64,000 bases of DNA from Cycas panzhihuaensis (Eukaryota > Plantae > Cycadophyta). Each line of letters starts with the position of its first letter. Position 1 is the stretch's first letter. Location of the stretch: the NCBI GenBank assembly GCA_023213395.1, contig CM041465.1, positions 223,393,741-223,457,740 on the forward strand. Direction: 5' to 3'. A program made the translations under genes and the position numbers. The notes beneath the pieces were generated by a model. It searched no databases. It had not been told where the DNA came from and saw nothing but the letters and a program-made list of their open reading frames with translations. This document shows positions 1 to 14,007 of the stretch, piece after piece.

Positions 1-251
1 CAGATGATACAAATGATCAAAAATCTACATCAAATCATGTATTTTTTATAGATTCCTCACCTATTACTTGGTCTAGTAAAAAAATGCAGGTACTAGCTCT
101 ATCAACGATTTAAGTTGAATATCACATACTTGTTGAAGCCAACAAAGAAGCACTTTGACTTAAATACCTTCTAAATGAAATTGGTTTGTCTCTTAACTCT
201 TCCATTGAACTTAAAGTTGACAATCAAGGTGCTATTGCTATTGCTACAAAT
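1..251 (+). pseudogene. Ty1/copia RNase H fragment, duplicate of 36901-37151
   Basis: Reads ...SPITWSSKKMQVLALSTI*VEYHILVEANKEAL*LKYLLNEIGLSLNSSIELKVDNQGAIAIATN (copia RNase H motifs). About 6 mismatches in 251 nt to 36901-37151. Ends at a microsatellite. Confidence 0.93.
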
Positions 252-270
252 ATATATATATATAGATATG

Positions 271-315
<45 letters not shown>

Positions 316-333
316 ACACACATATATATATAG
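251..333. repeat. Compound (TA)n/(CA)n microsatellite
   Basis: Directly visible dinucleotide runs. Confidence 0.97.
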
Positions 334-429
334 ACAAAATGAATAATGATGCAAGTGTTGGCACCATGTGCATGAGGAAGCCAGAATCCTTGCAGTGGGC
401 ATGTATAATCATGCATCTGTGTGCGATAA

Positions 430-2280
430 GTGACCCTATAGAGATTTGAAGCTTTCCTTTATCAAAATCTATGATATAATGGCCACCATACCCTCATGGA
501 CTATCCTCTCATAGACCACTTTCTCCCTCACTTGGAGACTACATACCTCCCAGGATTCTCCTCCTCCTATGCTATGAGGTCCCAGCCTCGCTCTCCTCAT
601 CTTTAGCCCTTCTTTATGATGACATCACTATATGGGTCCTGTTACGTGAGGAATGAGCAACCATCTGATTGACTAGGTGATCAAACCTCTTATAGAGCTG
701 ATCCCTATTGCCCACTAGTTTCTCCCTCTCATCTAGTAGTCGATCCTACTCCCTCTACATCTGTAGAGCCTCTCCTTGAGGACAATGACCCTCATATCAC
801 CATCGGCATCCCCAGCTCCCCCTCGGGCCTCCAGTACCTATACCCTTGCTTGTAGCTAGTCCTTTTTTCCCTGGAGTTGGTACCTCTTGCCTCGCAGCTA
901 ATGGGCCTCCATAGCCCATGTATCCTGCACCCGTACGAGTGGAGCAAAAGCTATCATGTTCCTCCCTACCAACCTGGGCTCCTCACTGGCTATGATAGGA
1001 GGATGTCCCTCCTTGTATATCTACGGGAAGAGCTTGGTAATCACCTGCTTGATCAACTCTCCCATGTTGTGTCCACCTTCCATCCACATATATCAAGATG
1101 TTAGTAGAGGCATATCAAACAATCCATCAATATCAAAGCATATTAAGTAAACTCTATGAGCATGAAATGATCAAAACCACACCTATAACTATAGCCATGA
1201 TCTCATCCTCTCCTAGATCCTCCTCTCTCCTGGAGCACTTGGTGCATTGCCTCCCTCTGCCTCCTCTGTTGTAAGGACCTCTCCTCTACCTACAACTAAT
1301 GCTACCTCTATTGCTACCATGATCATTGCCACTACCTCTGGATCTTCACTTGCAACTCCCTCACTTGCCTTCTTGCCTCCTAGTTCTTCCTTAGGAGTGT
1401 TTGTTGCCTTGCCTCTGTCCTCATCATTACCCCAGTGGATGGCATGATATGGATCACTGATATAGTCACCCACTCTGAAGAGGTCCAGGGATGTAGCTGG
1501 TATTGACTACCTAACATGCATTGGCTCCCCCGCACTCCTAAATCAAGTCTACCATCTGTGCACCATTAGCACATGAGTTGATATGGGCTGGGGACCCACT
1601 GTTGGAGCCACTCCATGGAAGTGGTCAAAGAACTAGCACTGAAGGAGTATATAGAATGATAATCCCCCTCATTTAACTCTCTAGATTTGATAGATAGGCA
1701 GTGAGATTGGCCTCTATCAAAGTGGCCTAGTCGAAGTGCTCCCCTTACTTACACCTCTGGACTGTCACCATCCAGCCTCCTAAGATATCTCTATAGTTTT
1801 ATTTCTAGGAAATCTAGAATAGAATGGTGAAAACAATCATCTTCCTCACTCAAGGAATCCTGGACATAACAATTATTTTCAAGCGTATTGCCCTCTATTC
1901 CCAATGACCTCGACTAATGAAAAACCTAGTTGTCTTATGATGGGTAGCATCTGTGCTAGGAAGGGTCCCTAGTGCTACTAGTGAGCCACTATCTAGCACC
2001 CCTAAAACCCTCCTCACATCCATATGAGTCACTATGATGTCCCCCACCTAAGGGAGATGTGATCCTAATGAGAAATGATATCCACTAGGAGGGCCTTGTT
2101 CGATGCATACTGCAACATTTGGATGATCTTCTTGAGCCTACAACATCATAGTATAGTCCTCTCCTGCTGCTCTAACAAATCTTTAAATCTGACCATCACT
2201 TTGCTTATGTTCTCATGGTTGTCAACTGTGATAATAGGCTACAAAAGTAATAAAAACTCATGATCATTAGCCATAATTCA
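430..2280 (-). pseudogene. Decayed plant mobile domain (PMD, aminotransferase-like) ORF; boundaries approximate
   Basis: Minus-strand translation gives SNKALLVDIISH*D (~2065-2105), GDIIVTHMDVRRVLGV (~1997-2044; consensus GEMTITLEDVxxILGL) and FYILLQC*FFDHF (~1618-1656; consensus LLQxWxWEHF), in PMD order. Confidence 0.72.
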
Positions 2281-3445
2281 CTCTACTAAGTAAAATCTCT
2301 CTTAGATCATCAAAAATAGGGAAAATTGACAAGAAATTAACAAAATTTCTAAGTTTTTTTCTTTTTTTCTAGCTATTAGCCTTGACACCACTAATATATT
2401 CATGATATCGCGAATATCTTAGTAGGCCCCATAGGCTGGCCTTCATCCTGCGAGGAAGTTTGTGGCACCATAAATAATTTTGTGGTCCCGTAACCTTCCC
2501 CCCTATTTTTTTTTTTTTTTGTGGATTTTGACTAGTCCACTAGGACTAAGGGTCTCTAATGCCCTAGTCTAGCCCCTTCTAAATCCTCAAACAGTCCCAT
2601 AAGGCCCAATTCACCTATTAAAGGCCCAAAAACACAACAAAAAGCATTAATGATAAAAACTAAAATTGAAAGGCTAAGGGCTAGATCAACATATTGGGCC
2701 AAGCCTAGTAGAGCCATCACCATCTCTCGCTCCTAGGCTCGATGTCTCTCTCTACGCATCGATTTGATGGTTGAATCTCCTCCACCAAGCATGTGATAGG
2801 GTAATAATGTTGAGTGTTGGAGGCGCAGAGCTCCCAAATTGCATGAGGTCATGTGAAAATAAATATCATTTTTACCCCTCACCTTCCTTTTATACATAGG
2901 CCCCCCTGGAGCACCACACCCTCTTTTTGCCTTAGAAAATCCATCAGGACTATTTCCTCTAGCCCATCTTTGATCTCTTCAGGGCCTAGGCCTAATTTCA
3001 CTCCTAAATGCACCTTTTCTCTGCAGTTTCATGCATTTATGGCACCCTTTTTGGCTCTTATGCAAGTCCTTTTCATCCCTCTTTTTTGACTACCCAAAAT
3101 GACACTAGTGTTTATACTCCACAAGCTCGTCTTGACTCATCAGATTTGTTTTTACGATTATTTTAGCTCATTAGGGCTCCTAATGAGAGCTTCCCCCTAC
3201 TAGAGCCTCCTCATTGGTCTTGTACCAATGTTGTGACCTTATAGTTGGCTTAATTTCTTGATGATTCTTCTTCCTCTATGAGGCGAGCCCTCTGCTAGCC
3301 TAGCAGCTACTAATAGGGCTCTCTTATCCTCTTATGGTCATCCTTTTGAGTTGTCATGAGTAGTTAAGCCTCACCTCCACATCTTTCTTTTACTCTACAC
3401 ACTCCTCTTCCACTCTTTCATGAGTCTTATCTCTTTTCCTGTGCT

Positions 3446-3820
3446 ATGGTTCTCCTCATTTACACTGATGGTGGAAGTCGTGGAAACCTGGGACCTTTCG
3501 CAGCTACTTGGATCATCCATGATCTTTCTGGGCATGATCTCATATGTTTTAGGATGTGCCTACTCAAGGCCACAAACAATGAAGTAGAGTACACCACCTT
3601 TATAGAGGCTCTCACCGATGCACTTCGCTTCCACTGTGGCCTCATCATTTTGTTTCATTTTGTCATAATTAACTCAGGTATAATGAGTCCTTTGTCCCTA
3701 ATTAAGGTCCCTCACCTCAATTACTAGGTTGCTCTTATCCTCTTTCCCTGCGGTGGAAATTCAACATATTCCTAGTGATCAAAATTCCAAAGTAGATAGC
3801 TTAATTTACCACATCCTCAA
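3446..3820 (+). pseudogene. RNase HI (archaeal/Tat-type additional RNase H) remnant
   Basis: IYTDGGSRGNLGP...ATNNEVEY, then after a frame disruption VEIQHIPSDQNSKVDSL (HxxRxxNxxAD motif). Confidence 0.82.
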
Positions 3821-6469
3821 ACGTCGTCTCCCTCTCCTAGATGATCCTTCCCATGCAACCTAATAGGTTAGCTCCTTGCACAAACTTTTGGATTATCATC
3901 CATTCCTTATTGTGATTACTCTCACACCTCCAAAAATAGGCCATTGATGAGGCTAAACTATGGTGACTGTAGGTTTGTTTCTCTACTTGGCATTCATACT
4001 ATCTGTGGTACAACTTTTACACACTTTTCAACTACATTCCTAGCTTTCTAGATTAGGTTTATATAATTTCTAGACCCCAGTGATATTATGTCTATCTCGT
4101 ATGTGAAGGTGATGGGCATCCCTCATCCCCTTATTTTTTCTACTACCCTTTTGTTTCTATAGGGATCCTGATCCCATATTATTCTTTAGGGTCATGTAAC
4201 CTACCTAGTGGTCACCATCGGTAACCCCTAGGTCACTTTCCCATCACCCTATATATGTCTTGGGTCTAGGGCTATGTACTCTAAGGATTGGTTGAGCCAC
4301 GTCTCCTCTTCCTTGCCCAAATATATATTTCCTATCTATGTAATCTATTGTGATATTTGCTACCCACGTTGGTTATTGATACACGAGCTTTATACATTAT
4401 TATTGATGAGATTGTGTTAATAACATTCACCATCATCTGACGCTTCTAAGTGATGAGGTTCTACTGCCAAGGGGGCAATGTTTCTTGGCTACTAGGAATG
4501 GATTGGAACATCATCGCATAGGTATGACCAAGTATATATTCTTTCTCTTACACTATATCATATTCTTATAGTTATTATGGCATGCAATGTTTATATGGTT
4601 GTTTGAGTGCTTCATTGGTTTGCTTAATCATCTTGCTTGTGCATGACATCTGCCTATGATGACTAGGACTCCATTCCAATGGCATGATAGCTTTAAGGTG
4701 ATCTCCCTTCTAATTACAGGTACTTAGGGCCTCTATAGCCCAATTTATATATACCTTGATCTACTTTATTACACCTACCTCTTTCCTCTCTACCTCATCT
4801 ATCCCTCGATCTATTTACGGGAGTTTACCAAGAGTTTTAAGGGTAGGTGTCCCCCCCCATTGCTTGCTTATCACTTGATTTCTCCTTGTACCTCATTAGG
4901 ATTCACTTCCTAGCTTCCTTTCATATTCTAACACTTCGCCTGTTACTATTTTCATGAGGTTTTGACCCCGTTAGGTGATATTTGTCATGCATTTTTGTAT
5001 GTTACTGGTATGTAGAGTGGTCCTAGGTTAGCACACAAATCTCTAGGGAGGAGTTCCAAGCCCCCAATATGGCTTACTCCTCCTTCTTACTTTCTTTTAT
5101 TATTTATTATTACCATCTTGTATTTTTGTTACTTCCTTATAGCCTTTTCTCTCTACCTCACTCTAATTATTGCATCGCTAATATATTAGTGGTGTTGTGA
5201 ATAAGTTCGCAGTGCAACTATTATGACGTTTGCTGCCACTAGAAATGGCTAATTTTGGGAATTATGACCGAGCAATGCACTACCCTGCCTCAAGACTTGC
5301 CTAGGTTGAGCCCTAATGGCCCTGAGGCTTTCCCAAATGAACAAAAATCCCAAAATTCGTATTCATTTGGATCATTCATTCATTCAACAAAAAACAAAAA
5401 AAAAGAAACACTCTTTGCAGGAAAATAACTCTTTTCTTTCCTTCTTCTTTCTCCAATTCTCTTCCACTCCTCTTATACATAGGAATTATAGGTTTTCTTC
5501 CACAACCAAGAAGAGGACAACCAAAAGTAGGCCAAGCCAAGTAAAGAGCACCTTCCCATCAAGAAAGCGACAAAGGATCTCCTCCTTCTCTTCACAAAAC
5601 GAAGGCTTCATCTCCTCCAACACTGCTCTTCACTTTAAAATATCATCCTTGCATGGTAAATCTATTTTCTCTGATTTTCCTTTACAAGAATCTCATTTTT
5701 TGTGGTTTATGGTTTGCTATTTTGTAGCCATATGACCCTAGATCTATGCTTGGGTTAGTTTTGTATTTATTTTGGGCCATATTTTGCTTAGCGTAAGGAG
5801 GCAATACCTCATTTTCTCCATTTTTCTCACCCTCCACATACCAAACCTTCAAGCTTTAGAAATAAGGAAGCTAAACCAAGCCAAGGGATCTTGTGAAGAG
5901 GCCCATAGGTTGGAGTTCCAACTCTTAAAGCTACCTCTCACTTGGGTAATCTCCTCTCCTACACTTTGAGGTCTATTTCCTTGCACTCTACCACTAGTTT
6001 TAGAGTTTTGGTTTGTTGTGAGGCCTACACACATATATATCCACCTTGTACTTACTTCCAAACCCTAGCCAAGTGAGCTATCCATAGCTCGTAGGGATCC
6101 ATTGCCATTTAGAGGAGGTTTCCATCTTGAGGCAACACTCATTTTCTTTACTCTTTTTACATATTGTGATTATCGTACACACTCACTAAAATTGCTAAAC
6201 AAGAAATATATGACCTTCTATTTGTTTCACCATTGGTTCACATATCCACATACTAATATCATATATCAAGAATATACATACATACAGATATCTTGCTTAT
6301 GGGAGGACTTGCTCTCTTTTATGCTATAGGTTGGAGACCATTTTGTGAACCAAGCAACAAATCGTAAAAAGGGTAACGTTTTATTTGTTTCTAAGTTTTA
6401 TTTTCACTTCATTTCCATTTTTCATTCTTGCATTATTTCTTGTCTAGGGACGGTAAGTAAGCCCCATTT

Positions 6470-6490
6470 GGAGGATAGGGGAATGTAAGG
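6470..6490 (+). promoter_or_regulatory. Putative polypurine tract followed by TG start of a 3' LTR
   Basis: GGAGGATAGGGGAA then TGTAAG at 6484, about 2.6 kb after the Tat-like RNase H. No partner LTR seen. Confidence 0.4.
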
Positions 6491-7149
6491 AAGCCCTGCT
6501 AAAACTCCATCAATAACATTATGACAATAAGAGGAGTGAAGTTGCTAACACAGAGGGTGCATGGAGAAGGAGTTGCATCGCTCCATCAGCTATCACATAT
6601 CCAGGTTGACTCCATTCAACCCTTCCTCTCTTCATTCCTTTCACCACCCTTTTTCACCCTTAAACAAAATATATAGAAAAGGAGAAATATTCTACTTTAT
6701 TTCTTTTGTACATTTGCATGTTACATGAGAAAGAAATCATAACGAACTAAACTCCCTTTCTCCTCCTTTTTCACATTAGGAACAAAGTTTTACATGTTTC
6801 CTTTTCATTTGACCCTATATGTTGCGTATTGAAAAGATAAAAGTAAAGTGCACTTGATTCCTTCTTTGCACGAATAGAAAATATCATTACATCTCTCTTA
6901 TTAGTTGCATTGAAAAAGGAACTAATTACATGTAAATGGTCACTGCATTCTCTCTCTCTTCTTTTATCCCTTAAATAATCTTTTGAGAGAAAAGTAATTG
7001 AGAGCGAGGGAGAGCAGTTAGTTTAATTTGTTATCATCTTTCATTTACAGCATAAACATTACAATAATTAACATCACTATAATCATTGATTAGAAACAAA
7101 CCTACTTACAATAAATAAACAAGCACCAACTTCCCTATATTCTCCTCGT

Positions 7150-10100
7150 AACTCGAGGGAAAGTTTGAAATCTAGTTGCAACCAAATGATCGCAACATCT
7201 CCTCACCCTATGCACCTAATGTTGCCAACCTTAGCTTCTTAAGGGTAACCCCTTAAGCATTGAAACCACCTACCTTGGACTCTCATTTGCAATGCTCATT
7301 ACTCTTTCTTTCTTACTTCTAGGGTTCCTTTCTACAAGGAACCGTTGCTCTTTTGTCTCCTTTTCAAGAGTAGATCTTCTTTCCCTCTTTCACCTTAAGG
7401 GTAGGAGAGCCCTACCTTTGGCTACTTTGCAACCCAAGGATGCCTTTCTCATTCCCTTTATTTCACATCAAGGAGGTTCCCTTGGAAGAGAGGTGACTTA
7501 CGCTTGATTGTGGTTCCTTAAACCTGTGTTCTAATGCGTGGATGCCCTTTCAAGGTAACCTATCATTCCTTTGAGGTCTTTAGGCGCCTTTTGTAGTTTT
7601 AGTGTTGGCCTAGAAGTCCTTATCCGTAGTGATCCCCAAGAGTTGTGCTTCCAACTTCCATTATGGCCTTGATGGCCTACACAACTTTCTCACCCTTGGC
7701 TATATTATTTTGTGTCATATTAATTTCTTTTGCAACTCCATCTCGTAAAGGTTGTATTGGCAACCTTTCCCACAATTGAGAGAGGTGCTTTATTTTCTTA
7801 TTTAATCTTTAGTTCTTTATCCTCAAGGTTGCATTCTCCTGCATCAAACATTATAGTTGTGATTGCAGAGAATTGGCCTTATGTTTTACCACTTGCCCTA
7901 TGTTCATATGTAACTCCACAACCTCAACTACTAAATCCTCTTGTAAAGACCATGGGATGGTCTTCACTTGCTTCTTCCCCTTCACTATAACCTTTTGTAA
8001 CACCTTATCTTCTTTCCTTTATTGACATAATCTTTCTTCTACTATTTTATTAGTTATTAAGGCCTTAGCCCCAAATGTAGATACTGTTTTAGATTTCATT
8101 TATTTTTCAAACCAAGTGTCTAATACAAACAATTGTTCTTCAGTATGCTCTCCCCCTTGAGTCTTACTAGTCTACATACACTACTAGGGGCTATCATGGG
8201 TTATTTATAAAGGAGTTTGTTTTGGCATTTTTGAAGAGGTTTGATCCAATTCTCTTGTCACTTCCTCAAGTTGTAGATCCCCTTAGATGTAGGTATCAAC
8301 TTGCTGTGGGCTATCTTAGTACTCATTTCAATTTGTTTGGGGATTACTTATATAGTTGTTAGATTGACCACATCTTCTTGCTTTGTGGTAGTGGTTTCTA
8401 ATACTATAGTAGTCAGTAATACTCTTGGCTACCATGACAACCCTATCTAGAGAAATATCATGTCTAATTATAAATTTACTTGGTTGCTTATGGGCTCAAC
8501 ATTATTAGTTCCTATGTCTCCTACATTATTAGTAGGCGGGCTTGCACCCTACACCATCTCCTCTTGTCCTAGTAAAATACTTGGTTCTCTAAAAGGCAGG
8601 TCTAAGGATTTACATATATTTTAGGTAACCAAATTAGCCATCATAGGGGTAATTGACATGTCTAATTGGCTTCTTTTTGTTGCAACTTGGACCGTTCTTA
8701 TTCCTTCTAGATTACCCATATCATTAGTAACAGATGGGATTGATACAAGCTCCTTCAATATATTTTCTCCTTCCACAAACTTCATCTTTTTAGCTCCATC
8801 CTATGGTGCTTGTAGAGTAGAATAGATGGTTGGGATACTGGATGTGTCCTAGATGGTGATAGTGCATGTGACCTCTCTTACAATAATCTTGTTGTAGCCT
8901 ATGGAAATTGAGTTATGACCTTTGGTGGGGGGGAATTGGAAGGATTTTTTTTGTCTTTTGGCTAGATGTTTGGATAAGTGTCTCTATCCTATTCTCTGAA
9001 AGGGAGAAGATAGACTTCAACAAATCATTGCTATTTCCACCCTTTATGACCAACCTCTTATCATCTTTTATACTATCCTATTGAGAAGTACTGGTATCTA
9101 TGAATTCATTAGGAATAAACTTTTAACTTGCTATATAAATATTTTTCTTGGCCTTTGGATTCCTAAAATTCTCTAGGCCATCAAGCATTTGCCTTTGGCA
9201 TATTAAATGTATACTAGCCAAACAATTACTTATCACCTTATCTACATCATAAAATCTTGATGGAGCCTTCCTTAGTTTGCAATCCTTTAATGAGGTACAT
9301 ATCATATTAATTTTTGGCTATCTATTTACCTCCCAATAATCCATATGTATTGACCTTGTTTAATAAGGGATCTTCTTCCATTTAGCTTGTAGTGTGGCTC
9401 TTATTGATGACAATTATTTATAAACATTCATAAGGCACATATGGGTCAATGGGTGTTTAGGTGAATACAAAGCACAACCTTGATATTCATACAACCAGAT
9501 AGTGCAAAAATCCTCAAACAAGTGAAAATCCTGATCCCTCTTTTAAGGAATTGCCCTAAGTTTTTTTTGACATCCTTATTTGTTCTTACTAGCTCATAAT
9601 AAAACTTTGTTACTAAAAATGAAAAATCATCTACAATCTGATAATAGAATAATGGTGCATTTTAATTATATACCTTAGAGAATTTGAAATGAATGGGGGT
9701 GCCTTCTTTAAATGACCCTACATTTGGTGGGAAATGGGTCATTTGTAGTGTCCCTAAATTTGTGTAAACCAAATATCCCATCATATAAAAACTTCCACCT
9801 TTAAATGTTGTGCTCAACTACCTTATAATATGATTACTGAGAATTGTTACTTAGTTAAATGATTAACTAGTCTCTTGACATTAAACAATAATGTATGCAT
9901 GCCTTTGGGTTTAGCTTTAAATCCTATGCACAACCAAGTACCTTAGCTAATAGAATGATCAAAAGACAAGTTTGACCATTGTATGTTATTGATAGAGTAT
10001 CATTCTTCCTTTTAGGAAACTTGGATGGAACTATCACCTAATTGGCCATTGTCTACACATTGTAGGGTGATTTAATTTCTCTATTTATGTTTTATTGGGG

Positions 10101-11539
10101 TGTTCATTTTTAGATTTTCCAATTTCCTATCCTTAGTTGCAACTTCCATGAGCCTATTTTGGTCATATGACATTATGGGCTTCAATAAATAGAAAATTCT
10201 TCTAAATTTTTTGAGTGAGAGGTCATAAACTAATTATCCTTTATTATTGGTAACAAGACTCTCCTTTAAGTTGAGATATTAAGAGAAAAGACATACCAAC
10301 TTTGGATATGTGAATATTGGAGGAGCAAAGCCTATTTATACTAGTCTAGTTTTCCGTAAGTCACTTTGTACCTTTTTTCTCCCTATTATATAATTCTAGC
10401 CAATTCCCCTTATAGTTGACTAATGATAATCAACATGTTTGAAGAAAACTTAGTCTATGAATGCAATGCAAACTTGACCACCCCTCCTTTCTCTATTTTT
10501 CACTAATTCAGTAGTATCAATCACTTTATTTTTTGCTACTATACTTCATTATAAATGATGAAGATTGAAGGAGAAAGTATTAAACTAAGCATCTAGATGT
10601 TTGTTAATGCCAAAACCTTTACATACTCTTGTTTTAATTGAATATCTACTACTTTATTGCATTAATAAATTATCACTCTTTTATCCTATAAATGCTTATT
10701 TGTAAGCTCACACCTTGTGCATGCTTTGGAATTATGGCTAGATTTACCCTTGCCTTATTTCCAATTTTGTGAGTTATGAAGTCCTTAGATATTTTATGTG
10801 TGTCCTTAATCAAATAATCCTAATTCCTCCTTGTAAAGACTAACCTCACAACTTGCTTCTATTGTCTTTCTTTGATACTTCATAAATAAGCATATGGCTT
10901 TTATACAAAATTTCCTTGTTGCTACCACACATTCAAGCATCAAGGGTCATGATATTCTTTTCAAGTCTTACCTTCACTACTTTTTCCTTTTACCCTTTGA
11001 TTCCATATTCAGGACTAAGCAAGATCTCCTTTTACGAGTGCTCAAGATGTTTCCATGTGTCTTCTTATTTAATGATCACAATTCACCTTGTAATTAACTA
11101 TTTTGTAACTCACTGTAATCACCATACTCTCTTTTACTATTACAATCAAGTAAGTGGTTGCACATATATTTGAATCAAACTACTAATCTCACCTTGTTCC
11201 TTTCTCACTTGTAGGTCATCCTATTTATGCTTTGTCTACTCACTTACCAATGATTAAAGGCCTTGCTTGCATGTGATCCTAGTTGTAACCATGCATAAAC
11301 AAATCACTACTTATAGCTTATTTGATACCTTTTCATTTCATATGCTTCTATTTTATGACTCATTTTTCAAATGCTCCTTTAAGTAAGGCTCTCTTCTACC
11401 ATGCTATAAGATTGCTCCATGTATACTTCCAATCAATGACCATGATTTTCTTTATGCTACATAACTCAGCCTATTTAACGTCTCTTTTTCTTCATCACTT
11501 GAAATTTGTAAAAGCTTTTATTATAAATGACATAAGATA
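7150..11539 (-). mobile_element. Highly degraded Ty3/gypsy gag-pol remnant
   Basis: Scattered minus-strand motifs in gypsy order: Cys/His knuckle-like (~10700), protease-like (~10200-10450), HRI*LKPNPK and NDPFP of RT (~9700-9930), integrase C-terminal APLSIVGKVANT/YEMEL (~7730-7795). Many stops and frameshifts. Confidence 0.55.
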
Positions 11540-11942
11540 TGATGCCAAATTTTGAGGCAAGTCACTAATGCAACCCTCAGTAAATGTTTCTTGTAAGGTG
11601 GAGGGTGGAGGTGAAATGATTCAAGTGGATCCTCGACCCTTCTATTATGAAGAAGGGATGACTCTCTAGTTGTGTGTTGAGCAAGCGGAAAGATCAAACT
11701 ATTTCTTGTGTATTTTACCATTTACAAAACAAACCTAAATCAAGAAATAAATAAGATAAACCAAATCAAGCAAATAATACAAACAATGCAAATAATACCC
11801 ACTTTAGCTTAGTGAAGATAACAAATTTCCAATATGTGGAAGGATCATGAGGGTTCATACTGCAATATATGTCTTAGGCTTTCCTACTTGTCTACTCCCT
11901 AATGTCTCTCTAAAGGTGATACCCTAATCTAGACTAATATCT
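11540..11942 (-). repeat. LTR fragment related to the LTR starting at 27627
   Basis: TGATGCCAAATTTTGAGGCAAGTCAC vs TGATGTCAATTGAGGTAAGTCAC, with further collinear blocks (TGGATCCTYGAC, ATGTCWTAGGCT, CTAAAGG..CTAGAC). Confidence 0.65.
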
Positions 11943-13868
11943 TGTTAAAAGAAAATGCCCATACATAGATTCAAGATCTCATAAGATTATAAAACTAAAG
12001 ACATATAGGTGAATAATAAATAAAAGAATATGTACAAATGTGTGACATAATATACTTGTGGGAAATGATCATTTTTAGTTGTATTATACTAAACCAATAC
12101 ATATATATACATACATACATATATAGTACATATCACTACCTTATTATCTAATCGTAATCTAGGATCCACTTGGTCAACCAATGACCAATTATATGAAGAA
12201 GCGTATGCACTATGAATCCTTAGTACATATCAAAGGGTTGATCACAACAATTTAATATTACATGGGTTAAACATTATCCAATATTCCCCCCTTAGTATGT
12301 AAATCCATATTATATAACTACTTCAAATATGATGTTGGGTTCATATAAAAGGCAAATCTACTAGAGCACACAGGTATTTAGTTATTGTACCCACTAGTCC
12401 TTTAGAATGGCCTTCTCATACATGGCTCACTAATATTTGCCTACCAAGCAACCTTCACTAGCTTTCATTTTGCCTATTTCTTATATTAATTTATTTTTTC
12501 AAGCTGCCAACATAGTGGTTCATCATCTACAATCATTTCAAGAGCTAAACACAAACAAAACATGGGAAAAAAGGGTCTAATTCATCATCACAACCATACA
12601 AACCCTCACTGCTTCATTGGCATGATGCCATAGCTTTCATAACACCTTGCAACCTTTGTTGACATCTCAAATCTCTAAATTTCCTTAATAAACCCCATCC
12701 ATCTCTATTCCAGATCAGAAACATGGCAGTGCATAATAATTTATAGGAGATCTATTTAACCACACAACTTCTCACCATCAAAAAATAACAACATGCAAGA
12801 ATATAGGTGCTCATGTAAGTTTTGATGAATAATCATGGTAAATACCATTCATACCACCCATTATGGCATACTATGAAGGCCCCAATCTCCTTAATCTTAT
12901 ACTTTCAACCTCTTATTGATAGGGTGGTGTACCAACAAATCCTAATGAATCTAATCTCCTCATTGTACTCTCATAATTGATTGATAATTTATTATAAAAT
13001 ACATGTTCTCTTGATCAACAAGCTTCACACCTTATAGCCCCACTATGCCAATCTTCTCAACATAAGCCAACAAATTGTCTGTTGCTCTCAACATGTCACA
13101 AAGCCCTCATCTATCATGGAAAAGTCATGATAGAGGGTAAAATTGTGACCTTGCCACATCACTAGCTTCACAGGGTGATCAAACATGTATCCAAAGGCCT
13201 ACTCTTAGACTCACATGCAACACTTGCATATATACTAGTGAAACATGCAAATAACTAGTCCAAAAATGAATCAAACATGTGGCAAACCTTTGTGAGATTT
13301 GAGATAACCATAATACCTACACTTCTAGTTGGATTTTCATGCATAAGTATCAACATGCTCTAGACTCATGACATCAACATCCTCCCAGCACTCACACCAA
13401 TATGCTCTAGGCTCATGACACCTACTTGCTTCTAGGTCCCCTATAAAACCATGGTTCAAAACCATTCACAACATGCATTAGAATATCACTTGGTAAATAG
13501 TCTCACTGGTCATAAATAAGCATGCTTAGATAAGCTTAGAATAAACCCTTTATAGATGTATACACTCATAGTTTTATTGCCTAATTGGGGTCAAAGTAGG
13601 CTTGAACCTAGAGCTTTGATACCACTTGTTGAAAAAATACAACATTAACCATGCATAATGGCATAAACAAAGAGATCACATAATCATATATTATGAAAAC
13701 ATATAAACAAAATTGGTGGAAGAATGTACATCCTTTATATTAATGATAAGTACATATATAATAATAATGACCTCTTTGTGGTCAAATCATAATAATGAGC
13801 CTCTATAACAACCTATGAACTAAGAGAATGACTCTTAATGTTTCTCAATTATTAAAAGTTCCTCAACA
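11943..13868 (-). mobile_element. Deleted/chimeric Ty1/copia remnant with dissimilar LTR-like ends (11943-12283 and 13627-13868)
   Basis: Reverse-complement Met-PBS GCTTTGATACCA at 13613-13624. 13627-13868 is bounded by TGTTGA...TCAACA. Reverse-complement PPT TTCCCCCCTT follows 12283. Minus-strand integrase relic WLNRSP...*SG...NLEI* (~12660-12765) and IVDDEP (~12516-12535). Confidence 0.6.
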
Positions 13869-14007
13869 TGTGTATCCCTTGGTCAATATAAGGGATAGTA
13901 ATAATATGAATTTAATATTACATTCTAATAGGACAAAATTGACACATGACTTATCCTGGATACTAAGAAGATGTGAGTATCTATATGCATATACATAAGT
14001 CTTTTTG

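Noticed and set aside
171-449. ORFs rich in CV/HT/YI repeats
   Set aside because: They are translations of the microsatellite, apart from the copia RNase H tail.
5316-5735. 139-aa Ser/Lys/Phe-rich ORF
   Set aside because: Low complexity, no recognisable domain, in a probable retroelement non-coding region.
7200-7290. Chromodomain-like LRGYP*EAK on the minus strand
   Set aside because: Too short and frameshifted to support a call.
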